Origin: the human T2T-CHM13v2.0 reference genome, Homo sapiens
Strand: one strand, 5' to 3'
Assembly (NCBI RefSeq): GCF_009914755.1
Contig: NC_060946.1
Length of the DNA stretch: 64,000 nt
Of this stretch, positions 45,601 to 64,000 are shown in pieces. Position 1 is the stretch's first letter; every line of letters begins with the position of its first letter. The position numbers were made by a program, and so were the translations under genes. The notes under the pieces were generated by a model. It made no database searches. It had not been told where the DNA came from and worked only from the letters and a program-made list of their open reading frames with translations.

Positions 45601-48600
45601 GCCTAGAGAAGATTTGCATCTTTTGGGTGATCAGTGCAGAGATATTTCACAATGTCCCCTGTTCTAAAAGCCTGGAAATGATTTACATCACCTCGGTGAT
45701 CAGTGCATAGGTATGTCAGAAATCCCCAGTAGGCTGAACCTAGACAAGGGTTACATCACTTAGGTGATCAGTGTAGAGATATGTGAAATTTCCCATGTAG
45801 ACAGAGCCTAGACAAGTGTTACATCTCCTAGTGATCTGTGCAGGGATAAGTCGTAAAGCCTCTTGTAGGCAGAGTGTAGACAAGTGTTTCCTCCCTGGGG
45901 TGATCAGTGCAGAGATATGTCAAAAAGCCCCTGTAAGCAGAACCTTCACAAGGGTTACATCACCTGTTTGATCAGTGGAAATATATATCACAAAGCCCCC
46001 TGTAGGCAAAGACCAGACAATTGTTACATCACCTGGGTGAGCAGTGGAGAAATCTGTCACAATGCCCTTGTAGGCAGAGCTTAGACAAGGGTTACATCAC
46101 CTGGGTGATCAGTGCAGAGATATGTCAAAACGCTCCTGTAGGCTGAACCTAGACAGGAGTTACATTACCTGTGTGATCAGTGCAGAGATATCTGAGAATT
46201 CCCGTGTAGGCAGAGACTAGACAAGTGTTACATCACCTAGGTTGTCAGTGCAGGTATAAGTCATAAAGCCTCCTGTAGGCAGAGCATACACAAGAGTTCC
46301 CTCCCCAGGGTGATCAGTGAAGAGATGTGTCACAAAGCCCCTGTAGGCAGAGCCTAGACAAGAGTTTCATCACTTCGTTGATCAGTTCAAGATATGTCAC
46401 AATGTCCATGATGCCAGATCTAAGACAAGAGTCCATCACCTGGGTGATCAGTGCAGAGATATGTACCAATGTCCCCTGTAGGCAGTGCCTAGACAAGAGT
46501 TGCATCACCTCAGAGATCAGTGCATAGGTATGTCACAAACCCTTCTGAAGGCAAAGCCCATACAAGGCTTACATCAACTAGGTGATCAGTGCAGTGATAT
46601 GTCACAAAAATCCCTGTAGACAGAGCCTAGAAAAGAGTTACATCACCTGGGTGATCAGTGCAGATATTTGACACAATGCCCCCATAGACAGAACCTAGAC
46701 AAGGCTTCAATCTCTTGGGTGATCAATGCAGAGATATGTCACAATACGCCCTCTAGGCAGAGTATAGAGAAGAGTCCCATGACCTGGGAGATCAGTGCAG
46801 AGATATTTCACAATACTCCTGTAGGCAGACAGTGGACAAGAGTTACATAACCTTGGTGATCTGTGCAGAGCTATGTCAAAACGCCCCTGTAGGCAGAGCC
46901 TAGATAAATGTTACATCTCCTGGGTGATCAGTGCAGACATACGTCACAATACCCCCTGTAGGTGGAGCCTAGACAAGAGTTACATCACCTGGGTGATCGA
47001 TGCAGAGATATGTCACAAAGCCCCTGTAGGCAGAGCCTAAACAAGAGTTACATCTCCTGGGTGATCAGTGCAGAAATATATCACAAAGCCCCTGTAGGCC
47101 GAGCCTAGACAAGAATTACATCTCCTGGGTGATCAGTGCAAACATATGTCACAAAGCCCCCTGTGGACAAATCCCAGAAAATTGTTACATCACCTGGGTG
47201 ATCAGTGGAGTTATCTGTCACAATTCCCTTCTAGGCGCAGCTTAGACAAGCGTTACATCACATGAGTGATCAGTGCAGAGATATGTCACTATGACCCTAT
47301 AGGCAGATCGAAGACAAGAGTCCATCACCTGGGTGATCAGTGCAGAGATATGTCATAAATACCACAGTAGGCAAAGCCTAGACAAGTTTTACATCAGCTG
47401 GGTGATCATTGCAGAGATATGTCCCAATGTCCCTCTAGGCAGAGCTTAGACAAGAGTCACATCTCCTGGGTGATCAGTGCAGGGATAAGTCACAATGCCC
47501 CAGTAGGCAGAGCCTAGACAAGAGTTACATAACCCGGGTCAACCGTGCAGAGTGATGTCAAAAGGCCCTCAGTAGGCAGAGCCTAGACAAGAGTTACATA
47601 ACCCGGGTGATCCGTGCAGAGTGATGTCACAACGACCTCTGTAGGCAGAGACTAGAAAAGAGTTACATCACCTGGGTGATCAGTGCAGAGATATTTCTCA
47701 ACGCCCCCTTTGGGCAGAGGGTAGACAAGAGTTATATCACCTAGGTGATCAGTGCAGAGATTTGTCAAAATTCCCTGTAGGCAGTGCTTATAAACGTGTT
47801 ACATCACCTAAGTGATCAGTGCAGAGATATGCCACAAAGCTCCTGTAGGCAGAACTTAGATGAGTTACATCACCTGGGTGATCAGTGCAAAGTTGTGTCA
47901 CAAAGCCCCCTATAGGCAAAGCCTAGACAATAGTTACATCACTTGGGTGATCAGTGGTGAGATCTCTCACAATTACCCTGTAGGCAGCAGAGCTTATACA
48001 ACCGTTACATCATCTGGGTGATCAGTGCAGAGGTATGTCACAATGCCCCCATAGGCAGATCCAAGACAAGAGTCCATCACCTGGGTGATCAGTGCAGAAA
48101 TATGTCACAATGCCCCCTTAGGCAGAGCCTACACAAAAGCCCCATCACCTGGATGATCAGTGCAGGGTTATGTCACAAAGTCCCCTTAGGCAGATTCTAG
48201 ACAAGAGTTACATCACTTGGATGATCAGTGCAGAGATATGTCACAATGCCACTGTAGACAGAGTCTAGACAAGAGTTACATGACCTAGGAGATCAGTGCA
48301 GAGATACATTGCAATGTCCCTGTAGGCAGAGCCTTGACAAGTGGTACATCACCTGGGTGATCATTGCAGGGATATATCACAAAGCACCCTGTAGGCAGAT
48401 ACTAGAAAAAAGTTACAGCACCTGGGTGGTCAGTGCAGAGATATGTCACGATGCCATTGTAGGCAGAGCCTAGGCAAGAGTTAAATGACCTAGGTGATCA
48501 GTGCAGAGATACATCACAATGCCCCTGCAGGCAGAGCCTTGACAAGTGGTATATCACCTGGGTGATCATTGCAGGGATATGTCACAAAGCACCCTGTGGG

Positions 48601-49808
48601 CAGATCCTAGAGAAGAGTTATATCACCTGGGTGATCAGTGCAGAGATATGTCACAAGAACCCTGTAGGCAGAGCCTAGACAAGTGTTATATCACCTGGGT
48701 TATAAGTGCAGTGATATGTCACAATGCCGTGTAGCCAGAGCCTAGACTAAAGTTACAGCACCGAGGAGATCAGTGCAGAGATATGTCACAATGTCCCCAG
48801 TAGGCAGAGACCAGGCAAGAGTTGGATCACCTCGGGATCGGTGCAGAGATATGTCTCAATCCCCCTGTGGGCACAGCCTAGACAAGAGTTACATCACCTC
48901 AGTAAACAGTGCAGAGATCTGTCAGGATGCCCCTGTAGGCAGAGCCTACACAAGTGTTACATCACTTTGGTGATCAGTGCAGAGATATGTCACGATACCC
49001 CCTGTAAGTAGAGACTACACAAGAGTTACATCACCTGGGTGGTCAGTGCAGAGATATGTGGCAACGCCCCTTTAAGCAGAGCCTAGACAATAGTTACATC
49101 ACCTGAGTGATCAGTGCAGAGATCTGTCACAATGCCCTTTTAGGCAGAGCTTAGACCAGAGTTACATCACCTGGGTGATCAGTACAGAGACATGTTACAA
49201 TGCCCCCATAGGCAAATCCTAGACAAGAGTCCGTCACCTGGGTGATCAGTGTAGAAATATGTGACAATGCCCAAGGAGGCAGAGCCTAGAAAAGAGTCCC
49301 ATCACCTGGGTGATCAGTGCAGAGATATTTCACAATGCTCCTGCAGGCAGAGCATAAGCAAGAGTTACATCACATAGATGATCAGTGCAGAGATTTGTCA
49401 CAAGGCCCCCTATAGTCAGAGGCTCGACAAGAGTTACGTCACCTCGGTTATCAATGCAGTGATATGTCACTATGCCTCATAGGCAGAGCCTAGTCAAGCG
49501 TTACATCACCTGGGTGATCAGTGCAGAGATATGTCACAAAGCCCCCATACACAGCGCCTAGACAAGTGTCCCATCACCTGGGTGATCAGTGCAGAAATAT
49601 GTCACAATGCCCCCATAGGCAGATCCAACACAAGAGTTACATCACCTGGGTGATCAGTGTAGAGATATGTCACAATGCCCCCATAGGCAGAGCCTAGACA
49701 AAAGTCCCATCACCTGGATGATCAGTGCAGAGATATCTTCCAAAGCCCCTGAAGGCAGAGCCTAGAGAAAAGTAACATCACTTTGTTGATCAGTTCAGAG
49801 ATGTGTCA
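45521..49808 (+). repeat. Beta satellite block 2
   Basis: 68-bp monomers; the opening monomers are co-linear with 31093 onward. Confidence 0.95.
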
Positions 49809-50534
49809 TGCTGACTGTTTGCTCCCGGAGCTCTGCGGGCACCCGGAAACATGCAGGCAAGGTGGAAGACTGGCATTGTGCCTTCGCTCTCCTTGCCAGT
49901 TTCCAAAACTGCCACACCGAAGACTCCCCATGTTGCCGCACACGGGAATCCATCATCAGTCCATCACGCTGGGGAGGCATCTTCTCTCTGGGGTCTCGCT
50001 CTGGTCTCCTACGTGGAAATGAACGAGAGCCACACGCCTGCCCCTGTGACACTGTCCCGGCAACGGCGACACCCACAGGCACTGCCACCTTCACGGAGAG
50101 AGGGCCTGGAACACAGCAGACTCCCACGGAGATTCAGTCCCACACTCCCCTCCACCCTCCCAGGCCGGTTTCTCCCTGCTGAAGACGCGTGGGAGCCCAG
50201 AGAGCAGCTTCCAGTTCCCGCCTGATTCCTGAAGAGGTCGGCAGAGCCAGCCCCGGAAACGCGCCCCTCTCACCACTTCCCCCTCGCCCCCTTCATCTTC
50301 GTATCTCCAGCCCCACCACCGCCATCACCACACCCTCCCCCCCAACACAACCACCCCACAGCCGCAGGCCTCGACGCCCTGGGACCCTTCCGGGGTGGGG
50401 CGTGCTGTCCCAGGGCTCACCGCCATTCATGAAGGGGTGGAGCCTGCCTGCCTGCAGGCCTTCATAATAGCCGCTGGCTGGCTGTCCGGGCAGGCCTCCT
50501 GGCTGCACCTGCCGCAGTCCACAGGCTGGATGAG
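49809..50534 (+). repeat. D4Z4 fragment: DUX4 upstream/promoter region only, truncated before the ATG
   Basis: Starts 'tgctgactgtttgctcccggagctctgcggg'; contains intact DBE-like CCATTCATGAAGGGGTGGAGCCTGCCT (50423-50449) and CATAA (50463-50467); ends 'acaggctggatgag' into beta satellite. Confidence 0.88.
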
Positions 50535-52291
50535 ATATTTCACAAAGCCTTCTGTAGGCAAAGCCCATACAAGGCTTACATCACCTAGGTGATCAGTGCA
50601 GTGATATATCAAAAAAATCCCTGTAGACAGAGCCTAAAAAAGAGGTACATCACCTGGGTGATCCGTGCAGATATTTGACACAATGCCCCCATAGACAGAG
50701 CCAAGACAAGACTTCCATCACCTTCGTGATCAGTGCAGAGATATATCAAATATCCCCCTCTAGGCAGAGTGTAGAGAAGAGTCCCATCACCTGGGTGATC
50801 AGTGCAGAGATATGTGAGAATTCCCGTGTAGGCACAGCCTAGACAAGTGTTACATCACCTAGGTTATCAGTGCAGGTATAAGTCGTAAAGCCTCCTGTAG
50901 GCAGAGCATAGACAAGAGTTCCCTCCCCAGGGTGATCAGTGCAGAGATGTGTCACAAAGCCCCTGTAGGCAGAACCTAGACAAGAGTTACATCACCTGGG
51001 TGATCAGTGCAGAGATATGTCCCAATGCCACTGTAGGCAGAGCCTAGAGAAGAGTTACATGACCTAGGAGATCAATACAGAGATACATCGCAATGCCCCT
51101 GTAGGCAGAGCCTTGACAGGTGGTATATCACCTGGGTGACCATTGCAGGTATATGTCACAAAGCACCCTGTAGGCAGATCCTAGAGAAGAGTTGTATCAC
51201 CTGGGTGATCAGTGCAGTGATATGTCACAAGCACCTTTAGGCAGAGCCTAGACAAGAGTTATATCACCTGGGTGATCAGTGCAGTGATATGACACAATGC
51301 TGTGTAGCCAGAGCCTAGACTAAAGTTACAGCACCTGGGAGATCAGTGCAGAGATATGACACAATGTCCCCAGTAGGCAGAGAACAGGCAAGATTTGGAT
51401 CACCTCGGGATCAGTGCAGAGATATGTCTCAATCCCCTTGTGGGCACAGCCTAGACAAGAGTTAAATCACCTCGGTTAACAGTGCAGAGATATGTCAAAA
51501 TGCCCCTGTAGGCAGAGCCTACACAAGTGTTACATCACCTGGGTGATCAATGCAGAGATATGTGACAAGGCCCCTTTAAGCAGAACCTAGACAATAGTTA
51601 CATCACCTGGGTGATCAGTGCAGAGATCTGTCACAATGCCCCTTTAGGCAGAACTTAGACCAGAGTTACATCATTTGGGTGATCAGTGCAGTGATATGCC
51701 ACAATACCCCCATAGGCAAATCCAAGACAAGAGTCCATCACCTGTCACAATTCCCCCAGGTGGCAGAGCCTAGAGAAGAGTCCCATCACCGGGGTGACCA
51801 GTGCAGAGATATTTCACAATGCCCCTGTAGGCAGAGTGTAAGCAAGAGTTACATCACCTAGATGATCAGTGCACAGATATGTCACAAGGCCCCCTATAGG
51901 CAGAGCCTGCACAAGAGTTACATCACCTCGGTGATAAATGCAGTGATATGTCACTATGCCCGTAGGCAGAGCCTAGTCAAGCACTAAATCAAATGGGTGA
52001 TCAGTGCAGAGATATGTCACAAAGCCCCCATACACAGAGCCTAGACAAGAGTCCCATCACCTGGGTGATCAGTGCAGAAATATGTCACAATGCCCCCATA
52101 GGCAGATCCAACGCAAGAGTTACATCACCTGGGTGATCAGTGTAGAGATATGTCACAATGCCCGCATAGGCAGAGCCTAGACAAATGTCCCGTCACCTGG
52201 GTGATCAGTGCAGAGATATGTCACAAAGCCCCTGTAGGTAGAGACTAGACAAGTGTTACGTCACTTTGTTGATCAGTTCCGAGATGTGTCA
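50532..52291 (+). repeat. Beta satellite block 3
   Basis: 68-bp Sau3A monomers. Confidence 0.95.
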
Positions 52292-52666
52292 TGCTGACTG
52301 TTTGCTCCTGGAGCTCTGCGGGCACCCGGAAATATGCAGGGAAGAGTGGAAGTCCGGCATGGTGCCTTCGGTCTCCTTGCCAGTTACCAAACCGGCCACT
52401 CTGCAGACTCCCCATGTTGCCGCACATGGGAATCCATCGTCAGGCCATCACGCCGGGGAGGCATCTTCTGTCTGGGGTTTCGCTCTGGTCTTATACGTGG
52501 AAGCGAATGAGAGCCACACGCCTGCACGTGTGAGACTGTCCCGGCAACGGCGACACCCACAGGCATTGCCTCCTTCACGGAGAGAGGGCCTGAAACACTC
52601 CAGACTCCCATGGAGGTTAAGTTCCACACTCTCCTCCACACTCCCAGGCTGGTTTCTCCCTGCTGA

Positions 52667-57627
<4,961 letters not shown>

Positions 57628-57630
<3 letters not shown>

Positions 57631-60600
57631 CACTACAGCCTGTGTGACAGAGGGAGACCCTGTTGAAAGAAAGGAGTGGAATGGAAGGGATTGGAATGGA
57701 ATGGAATGGATTGGAATGCAGTGGAGTGGAATTGAGTGTAGTGGAGTGGAGTGCAGTGGAATGGAATGGAATGGAATACTGAAATGAAAAGTGAGCTGAG
57801 ATTGTGCCACTGCACACCAGCCTTGGTGACAGAGTGAGATACTGTCAAAAGAAAGTACTGGAATGGAATGGAGTGGAATGGAATGGAATGGAGTGGAATG
57901 GAATGTAATGGAGTTGAGAGCAGTGGAGTGGAGTAGAAAGGAGTGGAATGGAATGGGATGGAAAGAAAAGGACTGGAGTGGATTGGGCTGGGTTGGAGTG
58001 GAGTGGAATGGATTGGAGTGGAGTGGAGTGGAATTTAATGGAGTAGAATACAATGGAATGGTGAAATGAAATGTGAGCTGAGATTCTGCCACTGCGCTCC
58101 AGGCTGGGTGACAGAGTGAGATACTCTCGAAAGAAAGGAATGGAATTGAATGCAGTGGAATGGAATGGAATGGATTGGAGTGGAGTGGAGTGGAGTGGAG
58201 TGGAGTGGAGTGGAGTGAAATAGAGAGGAATGGAATGGGATGGAATGGAATGTAAAGGAATGGTGAAAATAAATGTGAGCTAAGATTGTGCCACTGCACT
58301 GCAGCCTCTGTGACAGAGTGAGATCCTTTGGAAAGAAAGGAAAGGAATGGTATGGAATGGAATGGAGTGGAGTGGAGTGGAGTGGAGTGGCGTGGAATGG
58401 AATGGAATGGAATGGAATGGAATGGAATGGAATGGAATGGAGTGGAGTGGAATGTAATGGAATGGACTGGAATGGAATACAATGGAATGCAATGGAATAG
58501 AATGCAGTGAAATGGAATGTTGACATGTAATGTGAACAGAGATTGTGCCACTGCACTCCAGCCTGGGTGACACAGTGATATCCTGTCAAAAGAAAGGAAT
58601 GGAATGCAATGGAGTGAAACGGAATGGAATGGAATGGAGTGGAGAGGAGGGGAGTGGAGTGGAGTAAAGTGGAGTGGAGTGGAATGCAATGGATTGGAAT
58701 AGGGTGGAGAGGAATGGAATGGAGTGGAATGGAATGGGAGGGAACGGAGTGGAGTGGAGTGGAGTGGAATGAAGAGTAACGGAGTGGAGTGGAGTGGAAT
58801 GCAATCGAATGGAATGTAATTGAAAGGAATGAAATGGAGTGGAATGGAATGAAATGGAATGGAGTGGAGTGGAATGGAGTGGAGTGGAATGGAGTGGAGT
58901 GGAGAGGAATGGAGTGGATAGGAGTGGAACGGAGTGGAGTGGAGTGGAATGGAATGGAGAGGAATTGAACGGAATAGAGTGGAATGGAGTGGAAAAGAGT
59001 GGAATGGAATGTAGTGGAATGAAATGGAGTGGAGTGGACTGGAGTATAGTGTAATGGAATGCAGTGGAATGCAATGTAGTGTAATAGAATGGAATGGAAT
59101 GGAACGGAATGGAATGGAATGGAATGAAATGGTGAAAAGAAATGTGTGCTGAGACTGTGCAAATGCACTACAGCCCGTGTGACAGAGGGAGATCCTGTCG
59201 AAAGAAAGGCGTGGAATGGAAGGGATTGGAATGGAATGAATTGGACTGGAGTGGAGTCGAATTGAGTGGAGTGGAGTGGAGTGGAGTGCAGTGGAATAGA
59301 ATGGAATGGAATGGAATGCTGAAGTGAAATGTGAGATGAGACTGTGCCACTGAACACCAGCCTGGGTGACAGAGTGAGATTCTGTCAAAAGAAAGGAATG
59401 GAATGGAATGGAGTGGAATGGAATGGAGTGGAGTGGAGTGGAGTGGAAAGGAGTGGAATGGCGTGGGATGGAATGGAGTGGAGTGGAGTAGACTGGAATG
59501 GAGTGGAGTGGAGTGGAGTGGAATGGATTGGAGAGGAGTGGAGAAGAGTGGAGTGGAGTCGAATGGAATGGAATGGAATGAAATCGTGAAATGAAATGTG
59601 ACCCGAGATTTTGTCACTGCGCTCCAGGCTGGGTGACAGAGTGAGATTCTTTCAAAAGAAAGCAATAGAATGGAATGCAGTGGAATGGAATGGAGTGGAA
59701 TGGAGTGCGGTGAAGTGGAGTGGACTGGAATGGGATGGAATGGAGTGGAATGAAATGGAGATGAGTGGGGTGGAGGGGATTGCAGTGGAATGGAGCAGAA
59801 TGGAATGGGATGGAATGGAATGGAGTGGAGTGCAGTCGAGAGGAGAGGAGTGGAATGGAGTGGAATGGCATCGGATATAATGGAATTAAGTGGAGTGGAG
59901 TGGAGTGGAATGGAGTGGTATGGAATGGAATTGAATGGAATGGAATGGAATGGTGAAATGAAATGTGATCTAAGATTGTGCCACTGAACTCCAGTCTGGT
60001 TGACAGAGTGAGATCTAGTAGAAATAAAGGAATGGAATGGAATGGAGTAGAATGGAATGGAATGGAGTGCAGTGCAGTGGAATGGAGTAGAGTGGAATGG
60101 AGTTGAGTGGAAGGGAGTGGAATGGAATGGCATGGAATGGAGTGGAATGGAATTGAATGGAGTTGAACGGAATGGAATAGAATGAAATGGAATGCAGTGA
60201 AATGAATTGGACTAGAATTGAATGGATTGGAGTGGAGTGGAGTGGAATCGAGTGGAGTGCTATGGAATGGAATGGAGTGGAGTGGGGTGGAGTGGAATGG
60301 AAAGGAGTGGAGTGGAATGGAGTGGAGTGGAATGGAATGGGAAGGAGTGGAGTGGAATGGAATGGCATGGAATGGAGTGGAATGGAATGGAGTGGAGTGG
60401 AGAGGAGTAGAATTGAATGGACTGGAGCGGAATGGAGTGGAGTAGAATGGAATGGAAAGGGAAGGAATGGAATGGAATGGAATGGAATGGAATAGAGTAC
60501 AATGGAATGGAATGGAGTGGAATGGAATGGAGTGGGGTGGAGTGGAGTGCAGTGGAGTGGAATGGAGTGGAATGGAGTGAAATGCAGTGGAGTGGAATGG

Positions 60601-63600
60601 GGTGGAATGGAGTGGGGTGGAGTGGAGTGCAGTGGAGTGGAATGGAGTGGAATGGAGTGAAATGCAGTGGAGTGGAATGGGGTGGAATGGAGTGGAGTCC
60701 AGTGGAATGGTATGGAATGGAATGGAATGGAGTGAAGTGGAATGGAGTGGAACGGAATGGAGTGGAGTGGAGTGGAGTGGAATGAAATAGAGTGGAATGG
60801 AATGGGATGGAATGGAATGCAAAGGAATGGTGAAAAGAAATGTGAGCTGAGATTGTGATACTGCACTCCAGCTTTTGTGACAGAATGAGATCCTGTGGAA
60901 AGAAAGGAATGGAATGGAATGGAGTGGAATGTAATGCAGAAGAGGAGAGTGGAGTGGAGTGGAATGTAATGCAGTGGAGGGGAGTGGAGTGGAGTGCAGA
61001 GGAGTGGAGTGGAATGGAGTGTAGTGAAGGGGAGTGGAATTGAGTGGAGTGGAGTGGAATAGAGTGGAATGGAATGGAGTGGAGTGGAGTGGAATGGAGT
61101 GGCATGGAGTGGAAAGGAGTGGAATGAATTGGAGTGGAATGGAGAGGAGTGGAGTGGAGTGGAGTAGAGTGGAATGGAATGGAGTGGAGTGGAGTGGAAA
61201 GGAGTGGCATGGAGTGGAATGGAGTGGAGTGGAGTGGAGTGGAATGGAGTGGAGTGCAGTGGAAGGGATTGGAATGGAAAGGAATAGAGTGGAATGGAAT
61301 GGAATGATATGGTGAAAAGAAATGTGTGCTGAGATTGTGCCACTGTGCTACAGCCTGTGTGACACAGGGAGATCCTGTCAAAAGAAAGGAGTGGAATGTA
61401 AGGGATTGGCATGGAATGGAATGGATTGGAGTGGAGTGGAATGGAATTGAGTGGAGTGGAGTGGAGCGCACTGGAATGGAATGGACTGGAGTGGAATGGT
61501 GAAATGAAATATGAGCTGAGATTGTGCCAGTGCACACCAGCCTGGGTGACAGAGTGAGACCCCATCAAAACAATGGAATAGAATGGAGTGGAATGGAATG
61601 GAGTGGATTGGAGGGGAGTGGAGTTGAAAGGAGTGGAATGGAAAGGAGTGGAATGGAATGGAGTGGAGTGGAATGCATTGGAGTGGAGTGGAGCTGAATT
61701 GAATGGAATAGAATAGAATGGAAAGGAATGGTGAAATGAAATGTGTGCTGAGATTGTGCCACTAGACTCCGGGCTGGGTGACAGAGTGAGATACTCTCAA
61801 AAGAAAGGAATGGAATGGAATGCAGTGTAATGGAATGGAATAGAATGGAATGGAATGGAATGGAATGGAATGGAATAGAATGGAATGAAATGGAAAGGAA
61901 TGGAATGGAGTGAACTGGAGAGGAGTGGATTGGAGAGAAGTGGGGTGGAGTGGAATGGAGGGGAATGGAATGGGATGGAATGGAATGGAATGAAGTGGAG
62001 TGGAGTGGGGTGGAGGGAAGTGCAGTGGAATGGAGCGGAATGGATTGGGATGGAATGGAATGCAGTGGAGTGGAGTGTAGTTGAGTGGAGAGGAGTGGAA
62101 TGTAGTGGAATGGAATCGGATGTAATGGAATGTAGAGGAGTGGAGTGGAGTGGAGTTGAACGGAGTGGAATGGAAGGGAAAGGAATGGAATGGAATGGAT
62201 GTAAAGGAAAGGAATGGAATGCAATTTAATGTAATGGAATAGAATGCAATGAAATGGAAAGTTGACATGTAATATGAGCTGAGATAGTGCCACTGCACTC
62301 AAGCCTGGGTGACACAGTGACATACAGTGGAAAAGAAGCTATGGAATGCAATGGAGTGAAATGTTATGGAATTGAATGGAATTGAGAGGAGGGGAATGGA
62401 GTTTAGTGCAATGGAGTCAACTGGAATGGGATGGAGTGGAATGGAGTGGAGTGGAGTGAAATAGAGAGGAATGGAATGGGATGGAATGGAATGGAATGGA
62501 ATTGAATGGTGAAAAGAAATGTGAGCTGAGATTGTGCCACTGCACTCCAGCCTCTGTGACAGAGTGAGATCCTTTGGAAAGAAAGGAAAGGAATGGTATG
62601 GAATGGAATGGAATGGAATGGAGTGGAGTGGAGTGGAGAGGAGTGGAGTGGAGAGGAGTGGAGTGGAGAGGAGTGGAGTGGAATGGATTGGAGTGGAATG
62701 GAATGGAGTGGAGTGGAATGGAATGGAGTGGAATGGAATGGAATGGAGTGGAGTGGAATGGAATGGAATGGAGTGGAATGGAATGGAATGGAGTGGAATG
62801 GAATGTAATGGAGTGGGATGGAATGCAATGGAAATGAATGCAATGGAATGAAACGGAATGGAACGGAATGGAATGGAATGGAATGGTGAAAAGAAATGTG
62901 TGCTGAGATTGTGCCACTGCGCTACACCCTGTGTGAGAGAGGGAGATCTTGTCAAAAGAAAGTAGTGGAATGGAAGGGATTGGAATTGCACGGAATGGAA
63001 TAGGTTGGAGTGGAGTGGAGTGGAATTCAGTGGATAGGAGTGGAGTGCAGTGGAATGGAAAGGAATGGAATGGTGAAATGAAAAATGGGTTGAGATTGTG
63101 CCACTGCACTCCTGCCTGAGTGACAGAGTGAGATCCTCTCAAATGAAAGGAATGTAATCTAATGGAGTGGAATGCAATAGAATGGAGTGGAGTAGAGTGG
63201 ATTGGAGAGGAAAGGAGTGCAATGGAATGGGATGGAAAGGAAAGGAGTGGAGTGGAATGGAATGGAATGGAGTGGAGTGAAGTGGAATGGATTGCAATGG
63301 AGTGGAGTGGAGTAGAGCAGAATGGAACTGAATGGAACGGAATTGAATGGAATGGTGAAATTAAATGTCAGCTGAGATTGTGCCACTGCTCTCCGGGCTG
63401 GGTGATGGAGTGAGATACTCTCGAAAGAAAGGAATGGAATGGAATGCAATGCAGTGGAATGGAATGGAATGGAATGGAATGGAATGGAGTGGACTGGAGT
63501 GGATTGGAGTGGAGTGAAGTGGAGTGGAGTGGAATGGAGAGGAATGCAATGGGATGGAATGGAATGGAATGAAGTGGAGTGGAGTGGGGAGGAGTGGAGT

Positions 63601-63925
63601 CCAGTGGAATGGAGCAGAATGGAATGGGATGGAGTGGAATGGAGTGGTGTAGAGAGAAGGGGAGTGGAGAGGAGTGGAATGGAGTGGAATGGAATTGGAT
63701 GTGACGGAATGCAGTGGAGTGGAGTGGTGTGGAATGGGATGGAATGTTGTGGAGTGGAGTGGAGTGGAACGGAATGGAATGGAATAGAATGGAATACAAT
63801 GGAATTCAATGGAATGCAATGGAATAGAATGCAATGAAATGGAATGTTGTCATGCAATGTGAGCAGAGACTGTGCCACTGCTCTCCAGCCTGAGTGACAC
63901 AGTGATATAGTGTCGAAAGAAAGGA
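57628..63925 (+). mobile_element. 19 amplified copies of an Alu right-arm 3'-end fragment embedded in HSat3 (not independent insertions)
   Basis: 'gagctgagattgtgccactgcactccagcctgggtgacagagtgagat..ctgtcaaaagaaag' matches the Alu 3' end. Copies lie near 57628 (partial), 57798, 58080, 58282, 58539, 59151, 59338, 59605, 59972, 60849, 61331, 61518, 61750, 62281, 62528, 62905, 63092, 63374 and 63866. Confidence 0.85.
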
Positions 63926-64000
63926 ATGGAATGCAATGGAGTGAAATGGAATGGAATGAAAAGGAGAGCAGTGAAGTGGAGTGGAGTGGAGCGGAGTGGA
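57628..64000 (+). repeat. Satellite III (HSat3)-type GGAAT/GGAGT pentamer array with interspersed Alu-derived linkers; runs off the right edge
   Basis: Continuous mixed GGAAT/GGAGT pentamers, interrupted 19 times by a ~60-70 bp linker. Confidence 0.9.

Noticed and set aside
63155-63165. TAATCTAATGG as a DUX4 binding site
   Set aside because: It lacks the terminal CA of TAAYYYAATCA, occurs once, and is expected by chance in decayed pentamers.

Overview
This is not a prokaryotic or gene-rich window. It is 64 kb of human-type (hominid) heterochromatic satellite DNA, in an arrangement typical of acrocentric short arms. (1) 1-30665: AT-rich HSat1A/SAR satellite (42-bp monomer, 378-bp 9-mer higher-order repeat), with local duplications and a diverged terminal ~5 kb. 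(2) 30663-57630: 68-bp beta (Sau3A) satellite interrupted by four D4Z4-derived pieces (LSau/beta composite). These include one nearly full-length DUX4-like pseudogene, one 3'-truncated DUX4-like pseudogene, one promoter-only fragment and two pLAM/exon-3-like junctions lacking the FSHD poly(A) signal. (3) 57628-64000: GGAAT/GGAGT satellite III punctuated by 19 short Alu 3'-end fragments. No intact protein-coding gene is present, and nearly all listed ORFs are repeat artefacts. I cannot support a wholly new biological system. The best leads are the pLAM-like junctions with an apparently ancestral PAS position, an intact C-terminal DUX4 (MQG) frame with stop loss, three contrasting promoter states, strict pentamer-phase spacing of the Alu linkers, and shared or microhomologous junctions. 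Comparisons with 4q35 D4Z4/DUX4/pLAM rely on my recall of those sequences and need confirming by alignment.
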